The notes under the pieces: model-generated
Told to the model about the DNA's origin: nothing
Databases searched by the model: none
What the model saw: the letters and a program-made list of their open reading frames with translations, nothing else
In this document: piece by piece, positions 18,734 to 24,000 of the stretch
Position numbering within the stretch: the stretch's first letter is position 1
Layout of the letters: each line of letters starts with the position of its first letter
Position numbers and translations under genes: made by a program
Source: Patescibacteria group bacterium UBA4664
GTDB lineage: Bacteria; Patescibacteriota; Saccharimonadia; CAILAD01; BJGX01
Length of the DNA stretch: 24,000 nucleotides
Assembly: GCA_943354915.1 (NCBI GenBank)
Contig: CALRDO010000005.1
Location: forward strand, 3,896-27,895
Direction of reading: 5' to 3'

Positions 18734-20704
18734 ATGGGAGCAGAAGAAATTTTTACAAGACATCTTCAAGTAAATCACCGCCCTAAGCATTCGGCAAAAA
18801 TAGTAGCTGAATCATTTGCTGTTGGGTTTGAACCCACGTCCTTAGCTAACTCTGAGCTTGGAAACCTGTACCTACTATTTGAAAATCTTCCCGATGACTA
18901 CCGGATGAATATTAACAAATTTTTAGATGGTTGCGGTAAAGCCTTTTACGAAAGTGGTGTCCAGGTTAGCTTCCATGGCAGGTTCAAAATATGCTTAAGA
19001 GCCCTCAATGAACTAATCAGCAAATCAAAAAGCAGGTGCAATATAGGTCTCGTTGCGGTCCAGGCTGATAAGATGCTGTTTGCAAGCGTTGGTGAGCCAA
19101 CAATGATCCATCTCCGTAAAGACAAGGCTACTAGCCTTGCCGAGGAAAGCCCTGGAACATTATTCAAAGAGATTGGCTCAGGCACAGTACAAACTGGTGA
19201 CATCATATTGCTAGCTAGCAAAGCAGTATCAACCAGCTTCACCTTGCCAGAACTAGGTAAAATTATTGCCTATCAAGCTATTGAGGATTCGAAAAATGAG
19301 ATAGTCAAATCTCTAAAACTACCAACCAATATACCCTATAGCATGGTCATCGTGCAGGCCGAAAAACTACCAATTCCAAAAGACCTCCTACGAAGAACAC
19401 CAGAAAATCTACCCAAGAAATCTAAAACAAAAATCAGCCATATCCTAGAATCATTACAGGCTACCAGCCAAAAAGGTGGCAAAAAAATCAAAGAAGGGCT
19501 TAAAAAGTCGGCTTCACAAACAAAAACCAAAGTCCTACCGTCAATTTTATCTAAATCCAAAAGTGGCTGGACTAAATTCTGGTCGAAATACATTAACCCT
19601 AAGCCTAAACAAGCTTTTATTGTTGTAATAATATCTATAATAATCATTGGTGGATTTATCTGGTGGTCTCCTTTATTCTCAAGCCAAACCCCCGCACTAA
19701 GGCAACTTGACGATGCAATTACCCTCATAACAGCTGCTGAAGCATCGCTAGAAAAAAATAACCAACAAGCCGTACAAGAAAACATCAACAGAGCTAAACA
19801 GATACTAACTGGTATTAGTAAGACAGACCAGGAAAAACTTAACCTGTTAGCCCTAAATAAAAAAATAAAACAGGGATACTCTGATGCTCAGAGTAGCTTA
19901 AGTAAGCTTGAAGATAAGATAACAAGCACAACTAGGATTAAACTTGCCAATGGTTTTGATATTACACAGGCTAGCCTAAGGGATATCCTTTGGGCTAATA
20001 ATAGTTTATATGGGCTAGATGCGTCTGCGGGAGCTATTATAGAAATTAACCCCTTAATGGGAGCTCCCGCATCCAGAGCAACTAATGCTGATTTAATAAA
20101 TGCAAAGGCGATTGCCAACCTCGGAGATACTGGCCTAGTAGCACTAGGATCAAGCAGCTTATGGCAATATACTGTTCCATCTGGCTTACAACAGCTCGCG
20201 GCGCCTTCAGATGGTGCCATAGATATCGCAACATACTTTAATAATTTATACCTCCTAAGCCCTAGCGAAGCACAGGTCATAAGGTATGTTAAGGCTGGCT
20301 TAACATTAACTTCTAAAGCCAGACTCCTTAAAAATCAATCGGCCGGTAGTCTATCTGGCGCTAGCTCGTTCGTTGTAAGTGGCAACATCTTTATTACTGA
20401 GGGCAAAAAGATTAAAGTCTTCGATCAGGGCTCTGAACAGAGCTATGATATTAATAATTTGCCAGATAGCTTTGGTGACATTAAAGATAGTTACCTCAAT
20501 ACCGAGTTAGGGTACTTTGTATTGCTAAACAAAGATTCCAATAGGCTGGCGTTGCTCAATACCTCCTCCGATTCGGCTAATTTTGTAAGGCTTTATGCCT
20601 TAGAAAATAATGCACCAATTTATGCCTTTACCATAGAGCCTAGTAGTAGCCAATTATTTATAAATACAGATAATAAAATTATCACTTACAAGATAGAAAA
20701 ATAG
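18734..20704 (+). CDS. Membrane protein with an N-terminal degenerate PP2C-like domain and an extracytoplasmic beta-propeller-like C-terminus
   Basis: 656 aa; NIGLVAVQADKMLFASVGEPTMIHLRK...GTVQTGDIILLASKAVS resembles PP2C strands; single TM AFIVVIISIIIIGGFIWW near the middle; repetitive blades such as LWANNSLYGLDASAGAIIEINP and TGLVALGSSSLWQYTVPSG. Confidence 0.6.
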   Translation: MGAEEIFTRHLQVNHRPKHSAKIVAESFAVGFEPTSLANSELGNLYLLFENLPDDYRMNINKFLDGCGKAFYESGVQVSFHGRFKICLRALNELISKSKSRCNIGLVAVQADKMLFASVGEPTMIHLRKDKATSLAEESPGTLFKEIGSGTVQTGDIILLASKAVSTSFTLPELGKIIAYQAIEDSKNEIVKSLKLPTNIPYSMVIVQAEKLPIPKDLLRRTPENLPKKSKTKISHILESLQATSQKGGKKIKEGLKKSASQTKTKVLPSILSKSKSGWTKFWSKYINPKPKQAFIVVIISIIIIGGFIWWSPLFSSQTPALRQLDDAITLITAAEASLEKNNQQAVQENINRAKQILTGISKTDQEKLNLLALNKKIKQGYSDAQSSLSKLEDKITSTTRIKLANGFDITQASLRDILWANNSLYGLDASAGAIIEINPLMGAPASRATNADLINAKAIANLGDTGLVALGSSSLWQYTVPSGLQQLAAPSDGAIDIATYFNNLYLLSPSEAQVIRYVKAGLTLTSKARLLKNQSAGSLSGASSFVVSGNIFITEGKKIKVFDQGSEQSYDINNLPDSFGDIKDSYLNTELGYFVLLNKDSNRLALLNTSSDSANFVRLYALENNAPIYAFTIEPSSSQLFINTDNKIITYKIEK

Positions 20705-20738
20705 TTGCTTTATTTACTACACCTCATTTGAGAAAAAC

Positions 20739-22355
20739 CTACATTTTTTGCAGTAAATCAACGCCAAGAATAGCGAATAGAGACTGGTAAGCAAGCATAA
20801 AGTGCTCGATAAGCCTAAGTTTTTGAGAAGCGTTAGCGTCCCCTAACACTTTCTCGAGCTCATAGTATTCGTGAAAGGCCTTCGCCACTGCGACAGTCTG
20901 GTGTAGTAACTGATGAACCTTATGGCTATCGATAATTTCCTGTAATACCTCCTCTATTTTAGATAGCTCTAACAATAAATGTTGCTCAGCCTTAGTAAGA
21001 TTATAGCCTTCAAAGCTTTTAGATGAGCTAATGCCCTGTTCCTGAGCTTTTTTAACTATGGCGCAGGCCCTAGCGTAGGCATAAAGCGAATAATAAACTG
21101 GATTTTTAGCTGAGTGTTCTTTGACTAGATCAATATCGAAATCCATATGTGTATTCGTATCGCGCATAGCGAAATAAAACCGCGCTACTTCGGTAGGGAT
21201 CTCATCAAGGAAATCATCTAGAAGTATATAATTACCCTTGCGCTTGCTCATTTTAAACTCCTTGCCATCCTTAATGAGCCTAATGGTCTGAGTAGAAATC
21301 TCTATAAAGCTACTCAGGCCAAGCGCCCTAAGGGTATTCACAAGCCTAATAGCCTGCCCGTGGTGGTCTGGGCCGACTATTGTAATGGTTTTATCAAAGC
21401 CTCTCTCTTCTAGGCGCTCAAGCTGGTAAGCAACGTCCTTTAGGAAGTAGCTATAGCCATTATCGTAAGACCTTACCAGTACTTCGTCTTGCTTAAGCCC
21501 AACATCAGCCCCTTTCAGCCAGATAGCGCCATCTTTTTTACGAACTAAGCCGGCCTCTTTAAGCCTGTTGAGTGTCTTCTTAATATCTGGCTTACTTTCT
21601 GAATAGATAGAATCAAAATTTACTCCAAGGCGAACTAAACCTGGTTTTATATAGCTTTCCAGTATCATGGCAGCAGCTCTAGCGCCAATATCGGCTGGCT
21701 CGGATTCCTTAACCTTATCAACTGCGCCCATTTTTGTTGTAATTACTTCAGCAATATTATCAATATATTCGCCTCTGTACAGGTTAGTAGCTATCTCTTT
21801 ATCAAATTTAACACCAAGCGCCTGCTGAACCGCCCTACCTAGCGCGATTACTTGGTTACCGCCATCATTAAGGTAGTATTCACGGCTAACTCTATAGCCT
21901 TGTGATGCATAGATATTGGATAGAATGTCTCCGTAATAGCCCTGCCAAGCATTAGTTAGCACTAACGGCCCAGAAGGATTGGCAGAAATAAACTCTAATT
22001 GAATTGACTGAGCCTTGTGGGTCTTGGCCGTGGCAAACTTAGCATCAATGGAATCTGCATAATTTAACCAGATCTTATCTGATAAGCTAACATTAATAAA
22101 CCCAGGCTGTAAAAATTCAGCTTTTTTAATGTTTTTATCGCGGGCTAGGCCAGCAACGATACTTTCCGCTACTTCTGATGGGCTCTTCCCCTCTAGCTTA
22201 GAAAGAATAAAAGCTATATTCGTGCTATACTGCCCAAATTTAGGGTCACAATGGCTAATGCTGTGAATGATATCTGATCCACTAAGTGAATTAAAAGTAT
22301 TAGTAATGATAGCGGTCAAACTTTTGGTGAAAATTGCTTTAGGGTTTTGTTGCAT
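20739..22355 (-). CDS. argS: Arginyl-tRNA synthetase (start assigned to the internal ATG at 22355)
   Basis: VEFISANPSGPLVLTNAWQGYYGDILSNIYASQGYRVSREYYLNDGGNQV; DVAYQLERLEERGFDKTITIVGPDHHGQ; KMSKRKGN. The longer ORF in the track runs into the smpB start region. Confidence 0.95.
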   Translation of the reverse strand: MQQNPKAIFTKSLTAIITNTFNSLSGSDIIHSISHCDPKFGQYSTNIAFILSKLEGKSPSEVAESIVAGLARDKNIKKAEFLQPGFINVSLSDKIWLNYADSIDAKFATAKTHKAQSIQLEFISANPSGPLVLTNAWQGYYGDILSNIYASQGYRVSREYYLNDGGNQVIALGRAVQQALGVKFDKEIATNLYRGEYIDNIAEVITTKMGAVDKVKESEPADIGARAAAMILESYIKPGLVRLGVNFDSIYSESKPDIKKTLNRLKEAGLVRKKDGAIWLKGADVGLKQDEVLVRSYDNGYSYFLKDVAYQLERLEERGFDKTITIVGPDHHGQAIRLVNTLRALGLSSFIEISTQTIRLIKDGKEFKMSKRKGNYILLDDFLDEIPTEVARFYFAMRDTNTHMDFDIDLVKEHSAKNPVYYSLYAYARACAIVKKAQEQGISSSKSFEGYNLTKAEQHLLLELSKIEEVLQEIIDSHKVHQLLHQTVAVAKAFHEYYELEKVLGDANASQKLRLIEHFMLAYQSLFAILGVDLLQKM

Positions 22356-22406
22356 ATTACTTATCATTATATCCCAAGAGCACCTATTTGAGCTATAATC
22401 TAAGCT

Positions 22407-22853
22407 ATGAAGATTATTGCAACCAACAGACGCGCTCGACACGACTACGAACTCAAAGAAAAATTTGAGGCTGGTTTAGTGTTAACTGGATCCGAGGTTA
22501 AAAGTATCAAGGCTGGGCATATTGCCCTCAAAGGTAGCTACATATCGATCCGAAACAACGAAGCTTATCTGGTAAAGGCTCATGTTAGCCCCTACAAGCA
22601 GGCCAGTAATCTTGCCGAATATAACCCTGAAGCTGACAGAAAACTATTGCTACACAAAAAAGAACTACTAAAAATCATCGAAAGTGGTACTGCCGAGCAC
22701 TTAAGTGTGGTTCCGACCGCAATCGGACTCGTACGGGGCCGCGTGAAGCTTGAAATAGCCCTAGCTCGTGGCAAAAAGCTACATGATAAAAGAGAAACTA
22801 AAAAGCGCCAATCAATGCTCAAGGATGCCCGCCTTGATGGTGGTAATAAATAA
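22407..22853 (+). CDS. smpB: SsrA-binding protein SmpB
   Basis: 148 aa; MKIIATNRRARHDYELKEKFEAGLVLTGSEVKSIKAGHIALKGSYISIRNNEAYLVKAHVSPYKQA; basic C-terminal tail KKLHDKRETKKR. Confidence 0.97.
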   Translation: MKIIATNRRARHDYELKEKFEAGLVLTGSEVKSIKAGHIALKGSYISIRNNEAYLVKAHVSPYKQASNLAEYNPEADRKLLLHKKELLKIIESGTAEHLSVVPTAIGLVRGRVKLEIALARGKKLHDKRETKKRQSMLKDARLDGGNK

Positions 22854-22905
22854 AATATTTATTCAAAAATATTTTATTTTCTATCTGTAAAAGTACTAAT
22901 AATGC

Positions 22906-22939
22906 ACATATATAAAATGCTAACACACATTATATATGT
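22906..22939. repeat. Perfect 10-bp inverted repeat with a 14-nt loop
   Basis: ACATATATAA (22906-22915) and TTATATATGT (22930-22939), in the smpB/aldolase intergenic region. Confidence 0.6.
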
Positions 22940-22969
22940 AGTAGTATTTAAGCCTTTAGGCTAAAAATC

Positions 22970-22998
22970 TTGCAAGAAACCCCTAATCAGCTTATGCT
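22970..22998 (+). promoter_or_regulatory. Candidate promoter for the class I aldolase gene
   Basis: TTGCAA-N17-TATGCT, ending 6 nt before ATG 23005. Confidence 0.45.
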
Positions 22999-23004
22999 TG
23001 ATAT

Positions 23005-24000
23005 ATGAACCAATCACTCTCTTCCCTAGCGATGCAGCTAATGGCTAGCCCTAAAGGGCTTTTGGCAGCTGACGAAAGCGACAAAACATGCTCAAAGCGT
23101 TTTGATGCCCTAAAAATTATTAGCACAAAGGAATCTAGGCGCCAGTGGCGTCAATTATTATGTATGTCGCCCAATGTTGGCTTGTACATTTCTGGCGTAA
23201 TACTTTTCGATGAGACAATTCGCCAAAAAACCGATAGCGGACAAAGCTTTGCAGAAGCCTTAATTAAGCAAGGTATACTCCCAGGTATCAAGGTCGATAA
23301 GGGCTTAGTTGAGATGGATAATTTTGCTCCCCAGACCATAACCGAAGGATTAGATGGATTATCCGAACGACTACAAGAATATTACCAGATGGGGGCTCGC
23401 TTCACTAAATGGCGCAGTGCTTTTACTATTGGCTCCGACTTACCCTCTCCGGCTGTTGTTAGGGCTAATCTAGTAGTTATGGCGCGCTACGCTTCAATAG
23501 TGCAATCAGCCAAAATGGTACCTATTGTAGAGCCCGAGCTAATCTACGACGGCGAACATAGCATAGCTGAATCAGCCAGAGCTACGGAGTTGGTCTTAAA
23601 AATATTATTTGAAGAATTAAAAGCCCTAAGAGTTGATCTATCAGGTTTAATACTCAAAACTAGCATGGTTCTAGCTGGCACGGAAACTGCTATTAGTAAA
23701 CCCAAGGAAGTTGCTGGGCTTACTTTGCGGGTGCTGCATGCAGCCGTACCAAGAGAAGTCGCCGGTATCGTATTCTTATCTGGTGGGCAGACCTCCCAGC
23801 AGGCTACTAAAAACCTCAATGCTATCGGCGTAGCAGGCTCTCAGCCCTGGCCAATTACCTACAGCTATTCCAGGGCGGTTCAAGACCCTGTATTGAAGCT
23901 ATGGCGCGGGAAAAATACAAATACTAAAAAAGCCCAAATTAAATTCGCCCAATTGTTGGCTCAAAATAGTGCCGCCCGCGGTGGCGAGTTCGCTGAGTAA
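23005..24000 (+). CDS. Class I fructose-bisphosphate aldolase
   Basis: 331 aa; KGLLAADESDKTCSKRF, ILFDETI, GIKVDKG, TKWRSAF, VEPELIYDGEHSI, LSGLILKTSMVLAG, FLSGGQTSQQATKNLNAI. Stop codon ends at 24000. Confidence 0.95.
   Translation: MNQSLSSLAMQLMASPKGLLAADESDKTCSKRFDALKIISTKESRRQWRQLLCMSPNVGLYISGVILFDETIRQKTDSGQSFAEALIKQGILPGIKVDKGLVEMDNFAPQTITEGLDGLSERLQEYYQMGARFTKWRSAFTIGSDLPSPAVVRANLVVMARYASIVQSAKMVPIVEPELIYDGEHSIAESARATELVLKILFEELKALRVDLSGLILKTSMVLAGTETAISKPKEVAGLTLRVLHAAVPREVAGIVFLSGGQTSQQATKNLNAIGVAGSQPWPITYSYSRAVQDPVLKLWRGKNTNTKKAQIKFAQLLAQNSAARGGEFAE

Noticed and set aside
18946-20280. Minus-strand ORFs of 98, 150 and 130 aa opposite the 656-aa gene
   Set aside because: They are antisense shadow ORFs with low-complexity Ser/Leu/Cys-rich translations and no recognisable motifs. 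The plus-strand frame is continuous and has a promoter and SD-like sequence.

Overview
The 24 kb window looks like chromosomal sequence from a low-GC, compact bacterial genome. Gene style suggests a Patescibacteria/CPR lineage, probably Saccharibacteria-like (inference only). It carries mostly housekeeping genes: gyrA (5' part), gyrB, a membrane-anchored VirB4/TraG-like ATPase with its small partner ORF, an L,D-transpeptidase, pheT, pheS, a small membrane protein, trpS, rmuC, a small membrane protein, a zinc metalloprotease-like protein overlapping a UvrD-type helicase-nuclease, a PP2C-like/beta-propeller membrane protein, argS, smpB and a class I fructose-bisphosphate aldolase. No CRISPR array, transposon, tRNA or rRNA was recognised. 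Main observations: (1) between the 133-aa ORF/pheST operon and trpS there is a ~505-nt apparent noncoding RNA gene on the minus strand, with a near-consensus promoter, a perfect 10-bp intrinsic terminator and many stems. One 11-nt segment, GGGGGAAACAG, is exactly complementary to two successive apical loops (CCCCC and CUGUUU). I could not assign it to a known family. (2) PheT has a ~115-aa insertion in its B5 region that resembles an NlpC/P60 domain lacking the catalytic Cys and His. (3) Interleaved inverted repeats (8+9 bp) lie in the leader of the pheST operon. (4) Several genes have TATAAT-like -10 boxes 6-11 nt before the start codon, suggesting leaderless mRNAs. (5) Other unusual features are a Gly/Lys-rich insertion in GyrB, a helicase-nuclease that lacks Fe-S cysteines and overlaps a HEMTH metalloprotease gene, and a degenerate PP2C-like/beta-propeller protein.
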